64,000 nt of DNA from a bacterium (GTDB taxonomy: Bacteria; SAR324; XYD2-FULL-50-16; G965216635): NCBI GenBank assembly GCA_965216635.1, contig OZ244188.1, positions 1,568,001 through 1,632,000 on the forward strand, read 5' to 3'. Positions 46,693 to 56,640 of the stretch are shown in pieces (within the stretch, counting starts at the first letter, position 1; each line of letters starts with the position of its first letter). The notes under the pieces are model-generated. The model was not told the DNA's origin and ran no database searches. It saw only the letters and a program-made list of their open reading frames with translations. A program made the position numbers and the translations under genes.

Positions 46693-48114
46693 TTAGTCTA
46701 TGGGGGGAGTTAGTTTTTCTGCAATAAAGTTCTCTATTTTCAGCAAAGAAGCGTCTATTTTATAAACTCTTTGCTCTTTAGAAAAAAGCTGTTTTATGCT
46801 TGGTGGAAAAGAAATTTTCTTTTTTATGATTTTTTCTATAGGCTGATAATCCTTTACAGGATGGGCTGTAGCCAAGCAAATTGTTCTTTTAAGGTTTAAT
46901 TTTTCTGCTACGCTCACCCCTACCGCAGTATGAGTATCTAATAAATAATTCTCTTTTTCGTAGTATTTTTTAATTGTAGTCTCCACTTCTTTTTGCGTTG
47001 CAAAACCGCTCAAAAAATCCATTTGTATTTTCTTTTTCTGCTCCAAATTCAGCTGGAAAGATTTTTTTTCTTGGAGTTGCTGCATAAAATCTAACAGCAT
47101 TTTGCTATCTTGATTGCATAAGTAATACAAATATCTTTCAAAATTGCTAGCCTTTTGTATATCCATCGCTGGAGAAGAAGTTGCTATTGTTTTTTTTATA
47201 GAATAATTTCCTGTTTCTATGAGCCTAGTTAAAATATTATTTTCGTTTGTAGCTATGATAATTTTATCAATGGGTGCCCCCATTTTTTTAGCGAGGTAGC
47301 CTGCAAAGACACTCCCAAAGTTTCCAGTAGGAACGCAGAAATTAACCTTTTCTTTTGTAGTAAAATTTTTTTGAAATTGTAGAGCAGCATAAAAGTAATG
47401 TGTAATTTGAGCAAGAATCCTAGCCCAATTGATGGAATTGACAGCAGCTAGCGAGTATTTTTTTTTGAAGGCTAAATTTCCAAAAATTGCTTTAACTATA
47501 TTTTGACAATCGTCAAAGTCTCCATTTACTTCTAAATTAAAAACATTTTTATCTGAGACTGTGCTCATTTGCATCTTTTGAATAGGACTGATCTTTTCCT
47601 TTGGAAAGAGCATAAAAATAGCAAGGTTTTTTTTAGCTCTAATACTATCAATAGCAGCACTGCCTGTATCTCCAGAAGTAGCTCCAAGGATGTTGAGCTG
47701 TTTTTTTTCTCGGGGTTTGTTTTGTTTTATTAGGATAAATTCAAAAAGATTTCCTAAAAACTGCATAGCGTAGTCTTTAAAGGAAAGGGTGGGACCATAA
47801 AAAAGTTCAAGGACACTGTGTTGCTCTAAATGGACTAATTTTAGAGGTGGTTTTGGAAAAGTAAGGTAGGATTTTTTGATTAAAGAGCGAACTTCTTCTT
47901 TTTTATATTCGGCACCTAAAAAAGGAATGAATAGTTCTAATGCCAAGTTAGGATAGCTAAGTTCTGATAGTTTCTCTAAGGAATCTTTAAAATCGGGAAT
48001 TTGGCACGGGAGATACAATCCACCATCTGGAGCTAAACCTTCTATAACTACCTCAGAAAAGGATTTTAGCTTTGAGCGGTTAGGGGGTTTGTTTCTGGTA
48101 CTGAAATAATTCAT
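46693..48114 (-). CDS. thrC: Threonine synthase
   Basis: GLAPDGGLY, GPTLSFKD, ATSGDTG, NSINWAR, PTGNFG, TAHP. Confidence 0.96.
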   Translation of the reverse strand: MNYFSTRNKPPNRSKLKSFSEVVIEGLAPDGGLYLPCQIPDFKDSLEKLSELSYPNLALELFIPFLGAEYKKEEVRSLIKKSYLTFPKPPLKLVHLEQHSVLELFYGPTLSFKDYAMQFLGNLFEFILIKQNKPREKKQLNILGATSGDTGSAAIDSIRAKKNLAIFMLFPKEKISPIQKMQMSTVSDKNVFNLEVNGDFDDCQNIVKAIFGNLAFKKKYSLAAVNSINWARILAQITHYFYAALQFQKNFTTKEKVNFCVPTGNFGSVFAGYLAKKMGAPIDKIIIATNENNILTRLIETGNYSIKKTIATSSPAMDIQKASNFERYLYYLCNQDSKMLLDFMQQLQEKKSFQLNLEQKKKIQMDFLSGFATQKEVETTIKKYYEKENYLLDTHTAVGVSVAEKLNLKRTICLATAHPVKDYQPIEKIIKKKISFPPSIKQLFSKEQRVYKIDASLLKIENFIAEKLTPPID

Positions 48115-49145
48115 TAATGCCCACTAGAAGCGGAAAAAGTATAGTATTTACTAGCAGTAAGTTTGACTTTTTGATTTGTATGAAAACAATGATTTTTATC
48201 TGTTTTTACTTTAATAGTACAGCCGTCTTGCATTTTTACAAAAATATACTCTCTATCTCCCAAGTACTGAATGTGATTAATAATCCCATTATTGTTTGTT
48301 TCTTCTTTTTGTATAGCAATATCTTCTGGACGAATAATAATTCTTTCATTAGGCATTTGCTGTCTGTTGCCTTCTACAATAGATTGAAAACAACTACCTC
48401 TACCTTCATAACCCAAAATATTGGTCTCTCCCACAAAAGAAGCAACCCAATCAGAGGTAGGATTTTCATAGACATCCCTCGGAGAACCGTATTGTAAAAT
48501 TCTGCCATCCTTCATTAAAAAAACTTTATCAGAGAAAGAAAAAGCCTCCGATTGATCGTGGGTAACTAAAATAGCTGTCACCTTTTGTTCTCTGAGTATC
48601 AAATAAATCATTTCGCGAAGTTGAATGCGTAATTTGGCATCCAAGCTAGAAAAAGATTCATCTAAAAGAATAATTTTAGGTTTAGGAGCCAAAGCTCGTC
48701 CGACGGCTACCCGTTGCTGCTCGCCCCCAGATAGTTTATAGGGCATCGTTTTTTCTTTTCCGCTGAGTTTTAACATAGTGATAATTTTATAAACCTCTGT
48801 TTGGTTTTTCTTCACTCCTCCTCGTAGACCAAAGGCAATATTTTCTTCTACTGATAAGTGCGGAAATAAGGCGTAGTCTTGGAAAACCATGCCTATATTT
48901 CTTTTTTCAGGGGCTAGGGTGAATTTTTTATCAGATACTAAATTGCTGTTAATGTAAATAGAGCCATCGTCTATATCTTCTAATCCTGCAATTAATTTTA
49001 AAATAGTGGTTTTACCACAACCTGAAGGACCTAAAATAGAAACAAACTCTTGCTCTTGGATTTTCATATTTACAGACGAGATAATATCCAAGCCACTGAA
49101 AGATTTGCTTACTCCTTGTAATTTTATTGCTATATTTTTTGACAT
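48114..49145 (-). CDS. ABC transporter ATP-binding protein (Fe3+/polyamine type, TOBE domain)
   Basis: GPSGCGKTT, VFQDYALFPHL, LSGGEQQR, THDQ.EA. Confidence 0.9.
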   Translation of the reverse strand: MSKNIAIKLQGVSKSFSGLDIISSVNMKIQEQEFVSILGPSGCGKTTILKLIAGLEDIDDGSIYINSNLVSDKKFTLAPEKRNIGMVFQDYALFPHLSVEENIAFGLRGGVKKNQTEVYKIITMLKLSGKEKTMPYKLSGGEQQRVAVGRALAPKPKIILLDESFSSLDAKLRIQLREMIYLILREQKVTAILVTHDQSEAFSFSDKVFLMKDGRILQYGSPRDVYENPTSDWVASFVGETNILGYEGRGSCFQSIVEGNRQQMPNERIIIRPEDIAIQKEETNNNGIINHIQYLGDREYIFVKMQDGCTIKVKTDKNHCFHTNQKVKLTASKYYTFSASSGH

Positions 49146-49241
49146 AAACGGAATTTTTATTTATAAATAAAACTTTCAAACAGGTTCACAAGACTAGTTA
49201 AAGACTATCTCAAACATTATTTCATTTGTCAATAAAAAATT

Positions 49242-50195
49242 ATGGGAGTTTTAAAAAAAGTTTTAATTTTAGGGAAGATTGCGGACGCGGGACTATCTTT
49301 ACTTAAAAGAAAAAAAAAACTCCAAGTGATTCAACTTTTAAACGAAGCCGCAACAGATGAAAAACAAATTCTTTACCACTTGAAAAATTGCAATGCCCTA
49401 TTGGTTAGAACTCAAAAAATCAAAGCAGAATGGTTAGAAGACGCAACAAAATTAGAAATTATCTCAAGACACGGCGTTGGATTAGATAATTTACCATTAG
49501 AGATAATCAAAAAAAAAAAAATTAGTTTAAAAACTGTAGGTGATGTCAATTCTATTGCCGTAGCAGAGCATATTATTTCTTTGATGCTTAGCTGTGCTAA
49601 AAAAACTTTTCAGTATTTTGAAGCTGCTAAAACTGGCAACTGGAGTATTCGCGATTCCGCACAAAGTTCGGAACTTTACGGAAAAAACCTACTTTTGCTA
49701 GGCTGCGGTAAAGTAGGCTCGCAAGTTTTAAAAAGATTGCAGGGTTTTGGGATGCATTTTTTTGTTTATGATCCTTATCTTTCCAAAAAACAAATAGTCA
49801 GTAATGAAACCAGCTATGAAGCTGAAAAAATAGTCCAACTAGACGTTGAAAATTTAGGAATAGCTGATTTTATTTTAATTTGTTGTCCCAAAACAGAAGA
49901 AACTAGAAATATGATAGACTCTAAACAACTAGCCCGTATAAAAAAAACTGCGATTCTTATCAATAGCGCCAGAGGTGGAATTGTAAATGAAGATGCTTTA
50001 TTTTCTGCCTTGAAAGAAAAAAAAATAGCCTTTGCTGGACTAGATGTTTTTGCAGAAGAGCCTTTAAAAAAAACAAGTAAATTGTGGCAACTAGAAAATA
50101 TTATTATCACCCCGCACTCTGCTTCTAAAACTAAAGAATGTATGCTGAGAACCTCTGTGCGAGCTGTGGAGAATATTATAGATTTTTTTGGCTGA
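49242..50195 (+). CDS. D-isomer-specific 2-hydroxyacid dehydrogenase (SerA-like, no ACT domain)
   Basis: RHGVGLDN, GCGKVG, INSARG, DVF..EP, TPH. Confidence 0.9.
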   Translation: MGVLKKVLILGKIADAGLSLLKRKKKLQVIQLLNEAATDEKQILYHLKNCNALLVRTQKIKAEWLEDATKLEIISRHGVGLDNLPLEIIKKKKISLKTVGDVNSIAVAEHIISLMLSCAKKTFQYFEAAKTGNWSIRDSAQSSELYGKNLLLLGCGKVGSQVLKRLQGFGMHFFVYDPYLSKKQIVSNETSYEAEKIVQLDVENLGIADFILICCPKTEETRNMIDSKQLARIKKTAILINSARGGIVNEDALFSALKEKKIAFAGLDVFAEEPLKKTSKLWQLENIIITPHSASKTKECMLRTSVRAVENIIDFFG

Positions 50196-50316
50196 TTTTT
50201 AAAAAAATTGAATTTTTTGCTAAAATATTTTTTTTTGTATATTCTTTGCAGAGTTTTACTTGCGGTTTATGAAAAGTACGTCTACAATGCACCTAGCATA
50301 TAAATTTTTACTTTAA

Positions 50317-50781
50317 ATGGATATTACTGATTATTGTACACCTGAAAATATTTATCTAGATTTAAAGCCTTGTAACAAATACGAGTGTATTGATAGACTT
50401 TTTAATTATCTTAAAAAAGATTATTCTTCCTCAAAGATTGCCTCCATTAGAGAAAGTCTCATCCACAGAGAAAAAATGTCTTCTACAGCTATTGGCAATC
50501 ATTTAGCTATTCCACACTGCCGAACAAATAAAGTTAGCAAACTCAATTTAAGAATTTTTCGTTCTACAAAACCCATCAATTTTGAAGCGCTAGACTCCGA
50601 GCCTGTGAGATTGTTTTTTTTACTGATATTTCCAGAGTCTGCGGGAACAGATCACTTGGTTTTACTCAGTAAAATTGCAAAAATTGGTAAAAACCCTGAT
50701 TGGATGACGTTGTTTTTAAAATCTCCAACCCAAAAAGATTTTTATAAGGAATTAGAAAATTTTGATAACAGTCAGAAATAA
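50317..50781 (+). CDS. PTS IIA (PtsN/fructose-type) protein
   Basis: RE..SSTAIG..LAIPH. Confidence 0.88.
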   Translation: MDITDYCTPENIYLDLKPCNKYECIDRLFNYLKKDYSSSKIASIRESLIHREKMSSTAIGNHLAIPHCRTNKVSKLNLRIFRSTKPINFEALDSEPVRLFFLLIFPESAGTDHLVLLSKIAKIGKNPDWMTLFLKSPTQKDFYKELENFDNSQK

Positions 50782-50795
50782 AACTTTGTAAGAAT

Positions 50796-51215
50796 ATGAA
50801 ACTAGCTATTTTTTTGAGTAGTATTTTTTCTTTAGCAGCTACTTTAGGTAGTCTTTATTTTAGTGAAGTTTTAGGTTTTATGCCCTGTAAACTTTGTTGG
50901 TTTCAAAGAATTTTAATGTATCCTTTATTTTTAATTTTTTTATTCCAGCTAATTCAAAAACAGTATTGTTTATTTCCCGGTATTATTTTTTCTACACTGG
51001 GTTGGTTTTTATCTGCCTATCATTTCGCTTTACAAAACGAGTGGCTGGGAAATCAAGAAATTTCTTGTTCAACCATTAGTTGCGGTATAAAATATGTAGA
51101 GTATTATGGATTTATAACTATTCCCTTACTGGCTTTTATAGCTTTTAGTTTAATCAGCTTTTCTCTTATTTTTGGAAAATTGTTCCAACAGAAAAGCAGC
51201 GCCTTTACTTCCTAG
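50796..51215 (+). CDS. DsbB/BdbC-type disulfide oxidoreductase
   Basis: GSLYFSE...PCKLCWFQR, second Cys pair, TIP. Confidence 0.9.
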   Translation: MKLAIFLSSIFSLAATLGSLYFSEVLGFMPCKLCWFQRILMYPLFLIFLFQLIQKQYCLFPGIIFSTLGWFLSAYHFALQNEWLGNQEISCSTISCGIKYVEYYGFITIPLLAFIAFSLISFSLIFGKLFQQKSSAFTS

Positions 51216-51684
51216 ACGCAGTAACTATCGCCAAAGCCTGTATCCCCTTTCCTTTTCCAAATTCGCTTAAACCTTCACCCGAAGTAGCTGTAATCCCAAC
51301 TGCAGAAATTGGTATTTTAACAATTTTGGCAACTGATTGTCGCATTTCTTTTATATGAGGAAGGAGTTTAGGTGTTTTACACTCTATACTAATGGCTATG
51401 TGGTCTATGTTCCAATCGGGCAAAAACTCTAAAGATTTTTGTAAATAAACTTTGCTATCTAAAATACCTTGTTTTAAACAAAGCTCGCAAGCAAGTTGCC
51501 CCAAAACAGGCACTCCACTAATGCTAGAAAAAGCATTGGTGATGGCGTGAAGCACTACATCTGCATCGCTATTGCCTTTTAAAGGTGGTACTCCTTTTAT
51601 ATTTAAACCTGCTAAAATAAATTTTTTTTGGTTATTGTCAAAATCAAAAATATGACTGTCTTGACCTAAACCTACTTTTATCAT
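51205..51684 (-). CDS. ispF: 2-C-methyl-D-erythritol 2,4-cyclodiphosphate synthase
   Basis: G.GQDSH, SDADV.LHA, ATSGEGL. Confidence 0.92.
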   Translation of the reverse strand: MIKVGLGQDSHIFDFDNNQKKFILAGLNIKGVPPLKGNSDADVVLHAITNAFSSISGVPVLGQLACELCLKQGILDSKVYLQKSLEFLPDWNIDHIAISIECKTPKLLPHIKEMRQSVAKIVKIPISAVGITATSGEGLSEFGKGKGIQALAIVTASRK

Positions 51685-51696
51685 TTACTGTTTTTA

Positions 51697-52434
51697 CTAA
51701 GCTAAAATTTTAAGATATTTTTGAATCGTATTTTTCCAACCCCACTTTAGAGACTCTGTCACAATAGCCTGTCCAATAGATACTTCTTTAAGGTTTTTGA
51801 GCCTTTTGATTTTTGGCAAGTTTTGTGAATTCAGATCGTGTCCAGCGTTTAAATCTATTCCTATTTCTGCTATTTTTTCGGAGGCTTGAACTAATTTTCC
51901 AAAATAAAATTCTTCTTTTTCACTTCCAAAATGCTGTGCATAAGGTCCTGTAAAAAGTTCTACTCTATCAGGAGCAATTTTTGTTAAAAGATCCCATTTA
52001 GAAAAATCTGCATCCATAAATAAACTCACTCTTATACCCAATGATTTTAATTCTAAAACTATATCTTTTAGGTAATTAGCATCTTTTTCTAAATCCCAGC
52101 CGTGATCAGAAGTTAGCTGTGTAGAAATATCTGGAACAAGGGTGCATTGTTGTGGTGATATTTTTCTCACTAGAGATATAAATCCTGGGTAGTTTTTTGT
52201 TGCTAAAGATTTTGGGTTGCCTTCTATATTGAATTCCACTTCTCTTATTTTAGCTTTAATTCTATAAACATCATCAGGAGTAATATGTCTTAAATCTGGT
52301 CTGGGGTGGACTGTAATGCCAGACACTCCGCATTCTATTGCAGAAAGAGCATACGCCAGAGGGTCTGGTTCTATACCTGCTCTTGCATTTCTAAGAAGTG
52401 CAATTTTATTGACGTTGATGCTTAGGGCTATCAT
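51697..52434 (-). CDS. pdxJ: Pyridoxine 5'-phosphate synthase
   Basis: N.NKIALLRNAR, ITVHPRPD, NAGHDL. Confidence 0.96.
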   Translation of the reverse strand: MIALSINVNKIALLRNARAGIEPDPLAYALSAIECGVSGITVHPRPDLRHITPDDVYRIKAKIREVEFNIEGNPKSLATKNYPGFISLVRKISPQQCTLVPDISTQLTSDHGWDLEKDANYLKDIVLELKSLGIRVSLFMDADFSKWDLLTKIAPDRVELFTGPYAQHFGSEKEEFYFGKLVQASEKIAEIGIDLNAGHDLNSQNLPKIKRLKNLKEVSIGQAIVTESLKWGWKNTIQKYLKILA

Positions 52435-52458
52435 AAAGATTAAGTGAGCAAAAAAAAT

Positions 52459-53271
52459 CTAACCAAATTCAGCAAACACAGGACAATGATCCGAAGGTCT
52501 GCCACCCGCTCGTAAATCATAGTCAATTTCTGCGCTTTGGCAATTTTCCATTAGAGGTTTTGTGACCCAAATATGATCAATCCTTAAACCTCTTTTTGGA
52601 TTATATTCAAACCCTCTGCTACGGTAATCAAACCAGCTAAATCTATCGCTAACATCAGGGTTCAATTCACGGTAAGTATCGTAAAAACCTAAATTTTTTA
52701 ATCTTTGAATAAGCTCTCTTTCTTCGGGTAAAAAACTACACTTTCCCGTCTTTAACCATCGCAAACGATTTTCTTCGCCAATACCTATATCTTTATCTTC
52801 GGGAGAAATATTCAAATCCCCCATAACTAAAACTTTGCCTTTTTTAAGGTCATAGTTGTTTTCAAGGTCTTTTAGAAAATCTTCATAAAATTTCATTTTA
52901 TAGGGGAATTTTCTCTCGTTGTCTCTATTTTCTCCTTGCGGAAAATAACCATTGCAGACTACCAATCCATCTTTGTGGGTAGTAATAATCATCCTTCTTT
53001 GGTTTATTTCTCCTTGTTTTTGTCCAGAAAAATCGTAATCTACAGATACTGATTCTTGTTTCACTAGGGTGGCTACTCCGTGATAGCTTTTCTGTCCGTT
53101 AATGTAGAGAATGTAACCTAGTTCCTCAAATTCTTGGCGAGGAAAAACATCGTTTGTTACTTTGATTTCTTGAAATCCAGCAATATCTGGCTGGTGTATT
53201 TTGAGGAATGAAATAATGTTCTCCATACGGGAGCGAACACTATTGATATTGAAACTCATTACTTTTAGCAT
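52459..53271 (-). CDS. xthA: Exodeoxyribonuclease III
   Basis: FNINS.R, QEIK, YFPQG, GDLN, RIDH, SDH.PV. Confidence 0.96.
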   Translation of the reverse strand: MLKVMSFNINSVRSRMENIISFLKIHQPDIAGFQEIKVTNDVFPRQEFEELGYILYINGQKSYHGVATLVKQESVSVDYDFSGQKQGEINQRRMIITTHKDGLVVCNGYFPQGENRDNERKFPYKMKFYEDFLKDLENNYDLKKGKVLVMGDLNISPEDKDIGIGEENRLRWLKTGKCSFLPEERELIQRLKNLGFYDTYRELNPDVSDRFSWFDYRSRGFEYNPKRGLRIDHIWVTKPLMENCQSAEIDYDLRAGGRPSDHCPVFAEFG

Positions 53272-53316
53272 TTTAAAAATCTAAAAATATTTTCTTGTTT
53301 GAAGAGTAAAGAAGGT

Positions 53317-53475
53317 TTATTTTTCTTTATAAATTTGGTTTAGCAATTTATCATAATAATTTTTACCTCTCCAAAACATAAGACTTTCACCTCCAAATCG
53401 TATTTTAGGTGGAATAGGAGCCTCTGGGATCTTATTTTTTGTTTTTTTACTTTGTTTAGAATTTATTAGTTTCAT
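53317..53475 (-). CDS. 52-aa peptide P6 (MKLINSKQ...PIPPKIRFGGESLMFWRGK...), not in the ORF track
   Basis: Manual translation; near-identical copy at 54333-54488. Confidence 0.55.
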   Translation of the reverse strand: MKLINSKQSKKTKNKIPEAPIPPKIRFGGESLMFWRGKNYYDKLLNQIYKEK

Positions 53476-53578
53476 TTTTTTACTTGTTATTAGTAATTTT
53501 GAATTATTGTAAATTTTACATACAATATTTTATTTTCAAACATTAAAAATAAGTTTGCTTGATTCAAAATTATTATTT

Positions 53579-53746
53579 TTAATTGTCTCCATTGTCTGAA
53601 TTTTTTTTAGGTTTAACACTTTCGTTATACTGTCTTATTCGAGGTTCAGGCACGTCTTTTTCTGGTTCTTTTTCTCTATTATCAGTCGGTTTTGTTTCTG
53701 GTTTTTTTTCCCTATTATCAGTCGGTTTTGTTTCTTCATTATCCAT
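53579..53746 (-). CDS. 55-aa charged peptide P5 (MDNEETKPTDNREKKPETKPTDNREKEPEKDVPEPRIRQYNESVKPKKNSDNGDN), not in the ORF track
   Basis: Manual translation; upstream region homologous to those of P1 and P3. Confidence 0.65.
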   Translation of the reverse strand: MDNEETKPTDNREKKPETKPTDNREKEPEKDVPEPRIRQYNESVKPKKNSDNGDN

Positions 53747-53796
53747 TGTTATATTTATATTAAGTTAATATTACTAGTTTTTATGAAATTATGAAA

Positions 53797-54357
53797 TCAT
53801 AAATTAATAAAACTAGCAAGATATTTATATAAAACAATTATTTTATCTTCCTTTATATAAAAATTATAAATAAAAGAAATTAATACTAATGCAGCAAAGC
53901 CAGTTCCACAGGCATTGGCTATAAGTAAATCTGTTGCTCTTTTTTCATTTACTTTTGCATTTTGAGTTGCTGCATTTGCGTATTGTTTATTTAAAAAATC
54001 AGTAAATTTTTGTTCATTAAAGCTACCAGATTCTTGTAATTTTATTTTATACTCTAATATTTCTTCTGAAAAAGCTGCGTAGCTATAGCAATTAAAAGTA
54101 AAACTTTTAGCTAGAAAATATATAGAACATATTAAAACACAGGTTAAGCAGAAAATAAATAAAATTTCTAAAGGTAATTGGTTTTCCTCAGAATGATCAA
54201 GTAATCTTAAAAGGATCGCAGACATAGGTATCAACAAAACAAATAAAAAATTTGCTCTTTGATATAATCTAAATTTTTCTTCTAGTTCAAAATAATAATT
54301 ACTTTTCAAGGTGTCTAATAGTTTGCTGTCTACTAATTCTTGTGTGTTGTTTTGCAT
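53797..54357 (-). CDS. 3-TM membrane protein B (Pycsar-effector-like topology)
   Basis: EKFRLYQRANFL + 2 TM, loop, Y...NAKVNEKR + TM; paralog of 55296-55844. Confidence 0.75.
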   Translation of the reverse strand: MQNNTQELVDSKLLDTLKSNYYFELEEKFRLYQRANFLFVLLIPMSAILLRLLDHSEENQLPLEILFIFCLTCVLICSIYFLAKSFTFNCYSYAAFSEEILEYKIKLQESGSFNEQKFTDFLNKQYANAATQNAKVNEKRATDLLIANACGTGFAALVLISFIYNFYIKEDKIIVLYKYLASFINL

Positions 54358-54488
54358 AAAATTAAAATAAAATTTTTACCTCTCCAAAACATAAGACTTT
54401 CACCTCCGAATCGTATTTTAGGTGGAATAGGAACCTTCTGGTTCTCATTTTTTGTTTTTTTACTTTGTTTAGAATTTATTAGTTTCAT
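54333..54488 (-). CDS. 51-aa peptide P4 (copy of P6), overlapping the start of protein B
   Basis: Manual translation MKLINSKQSKKTKNENQKVPIPPKIRFGGESLMFWRGKNFILILCKTTHKN. Confidence 0.5.
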   Translation of the reverse strand: MKLINSKQSKKTKNENQKVPIPPKIRFGGESLMFWRGKNFILILCKTTHKN

Positions 54489-54542
54489 TCTTTCATCTTT
54501 CAAACTACAAAGTTTTAGTTCTCTGAATTCTTCTTACCAATC

Positions 54543-54713
54543 CTAAGAGTCAGTTTCTGCATCGTCTCTGGTAACACTTACTGAATCATCCTTAGTAACG
54601 CTTTCATATATATATTCTACCTTGAGAGAATCAGAATTTTGTGAAGATTCAGAGATTTCGTGTGCTCCACCGCTTGTTTCGTCACTAGTGTCTTTTGTTT
54701 CTTCGTTATTCAT
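54543..54713 (-). CDS. 56-aa acidic peptide P3 (MNNEETKDTSDETSGG...KVEYIYESVTKDD...), not in the ORF track
   Basis: Manual translation; N-terminus and leader homologous to P5. Confidence 0.62.
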   Translation of the reverse strand: MNNEETKDTSDETSGGAHEISESSQNSDSLKVEYIYESVTKDDSVSVTRDDAETDS

Positions 54714-54761
54714 TGTTAAATATTAATATTATTAGTTTTTATACTAATCATAAACAAAAAA

Positions 54762-54965
54762 TCACCCTTTATCCCTACCAAAACCTTCGCCCCAAGATTC
54801 TATTAAATCAAAATTTTTAATAGTATTTACGGTGGTATTTTTTTCGCTGGAAGTTTTTTTACCCAATAAAGAATGCTCAAGATTTTTAAAAATTTCTTGG
54901 GCTGTTTCTTCTGTTATTTCATCTTGTTGCTCTTGTGTTTCTTTTTCACTCATTACTTTTAGCAT
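54762..54965 (-). CDS. 67-aa peptide P2 beginning with the first six codons of xthA
   Basis: MLKVMS and the upstream bases are identical to the xthA start. Confidence 0.55.
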   Translation of the reverse strand: MLKVMSEKETQEQQDEITEETAQEIFKNLEHSLLGKKTSSEKNTTVNTIKNFDLIESWGEGFGRDKG

Positions 54966-55026
54966 TTTAAAAATCTAAAAATAATTTAATTTTAGATGAA
55001 ATAATTTGGTTTTAAGCTGCTTTTTC

Positions 55027-55266
55027 CTAATTTTCTGAACTCTTTTCAGTAACGCTCTCATTTACTGTAGTGGTTCTTCTATGTTTTTTTTTATCATCAC
55101 TTTGAAAGTTAAAACCATCCCACTTGTCTGTTCCTAATTGAGATTTTTCATCACTTTGAAAGTTAAAACCATCCCACTTGTCTGTTCCTAATTGAGATTT
55201 TTCATCAGGTTCAAAATCACCCAGTAAATCCTCTTCACTAGAAGATTGTTTTTTTTTATCGTCCAT
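55027..55266 (-). CDS. 79-aa acidic peptide P1 with an exact 18-aa internal duplication
   Basis: DEKSQLGTDKWDGFNFQS twice, then RRTTTVNESVTEK. Confidence 0.65.
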   Translation of the reverse strand: MDDKKKQSSSEEDLLGDFEPDEKSQLGTDKWDGFNFQSDEKSQLGTDKWDGFNFQSDDKKKHRRTTTVNESVTEKSSEN

Positions 55267-55295
55267 TATTAAATTTATATTAAAGGTTGATATTT

Positions 55296-55844
55296 TTAGA
55301 AAATTATAAATTCAAAAAATTTATAAAAATCGTCATAAACAAGATTAAAATACCAGTTTTTGATAAAAGTGTAAATAAAAAAAACTAATAAAGTAATTGC
55401 AAAAAAAGCAACATTAAGATGCGCCCACCATAAATACCTAGATCTTTTACTGATAATTTCTTGATTATTAATAATAGCTTCTTGATATTCTAGAGCTAAT
55501 TCTTTTACTATTTTTTCTTTATATTTATTATAGTATTGTAATAGCTTATCAGGAGATTCTAGATGAAAATAAAAACGAATCAAAATACTCATCAATAAGA
55601 AAATTACAGAAGAAAATAGAGAACCTGTTAAAAGAAATAGAAAGATAAATTCAAAAAATCTGGGAGTTTCATAAGTTTTGAATAATTGAAACAGAATAGC
55701 AAACATAGGTACCAACAAAACAAATAAAAAACTTGCCCTTTGAAAAAGCCTGAATTTTTCTCCTAAAAAAAAGTAATACTGTCTTCTTAGTGTGTCTAGG
55801 AACTCCTTTGCTGCAAATTCTCGTCTAGATATTTGTTTTTGCAT
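55296..55844 (-). CDS. 3-TM membrane protein A (paralog of protein B)
   Basis: LDTLRRQYYF..EKFRLFQRASFLFVLL.PM, Y..AI.NN...SKRSRYL. Confidence 0.75.
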   Translation of the reverse strand: MQKQISRREFAAKEFLDTLRRQYYFFLGEKFRLFQRASFLFVLLVPMFAILFQLFKTYETPRFFEFIFLFLLTGSLFSSVIFLLMSILIRFYFHLESPDKLLQYYNKYKEKIVKELALEYQEAIINNQEIISKRSRYLWWAHLNVAFFAITLLVFFIYTFIKNWYFNLVYDDFYKFFEFIIF

Positions 55845-55891
55845 AAAATTAAAATAAAACTTTTAAATTGCAGGTGCTGAAATTTGCGTTA

Positions 55892-56638
55892 TTATTTAGA
55901 ACTGAGAAGAGCTTTGTGGTGTTCTTGATTGAGTAGGAATATATTTTTGACACTAATTTCTTTAGGACAGGATGCTTCGCATTCTCCTTGATTGGTACAG
56001 CTGCCAAAGCCTAATTCATCCATTTTCTTTACCATCTTTAAAACTCTAGACTTTCGTTCTACCTGTCCTTGCGGTAAAAGAGCAAGGTGCGCTACTTTTG
56101 CTGCTGTAAAAAGCATAGCGGAGGCATTTTTACAACTGGCAACACAAGCCCCACACCCGATGCATTGAGCCGCATCCATAGATAATTCTGCTGTTCTATG
56201 TGTTATAGGTATGGCGTTTCCGTCTATAACTCCGCCAGTATTGACAGAAACAAATCCACCGACTTGTATAAGTTTATCAAAAGCACTTCTGTCTACAACC
56301 AAATCTTTAATGACGGGAAAACTTTTTGCTCTCCAAGGTTCAATAGTAATTGTGCTGCCTCCTTTAAAACTTCTCATGTGAAGCTGACAAGTGGTCGTGC
56401 CTTTTACAGGACCGTGAGCTTTGCCATTGATAAAAAGTCCACACATACCGCAAATTCCTTCTCTGCAATCGCTATCAAATGCGACGGCTTCTTTTCTTTC
56501 ACTGACGAGTTTATTATTCAAAAAATCCAACATTTCCAAAAAAGACATATTTTCAGAAATATCGTCCAGCGTATGTTTTTCAAATTTTCCTTTTGTTTCT
56601 TTATTTTTCTGTCTCCAGATTTTTAAATTAATTTTCAT
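55892..56638 (-). CDS. sdhB: Succinate dehydrogenase/fumarate reductase Fe-S subunit
   Basis: [23 protein letters not shown]...CP. Confidence 0.96.
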   Translation of the reverse strand: MKINLKIWRQKNKETKGKFEKHTLDDISENMSFLEMLDFLNNKLVSERKEAVAFDSDCREGICGMCGLFINGKAHGPVKGTTTCQLHMRSFKGGSTITIEPWRAKSFPVIKDLVVDRSAFDKLIQVGGFVSVNTGGVIDGNAIPITHRTAELSMDAAQCIGCGACVASCKNASAMLFTAAKVAHLALLPQGQVERKSRVLKMVKKMDELGFGSCTNQGECEASCPKEISVKNIFLLNQEHHKALLSSK

Positions 56639-56640
56639 TT

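Noticed and set aside
53583..54546. Plus-strand ORFs 53583-53768 and 54340-54546
   Set aside because: They are antisense to P5 and P4, which match the orientation and motif of their neighbours.
53579..55266. RiPP precursor cluster interpretation of the peptides
   Set aside because: No ATP-grasp, radical SAM, YcaO, protease or exporter nearby; possible only if the enzymes act in trans.
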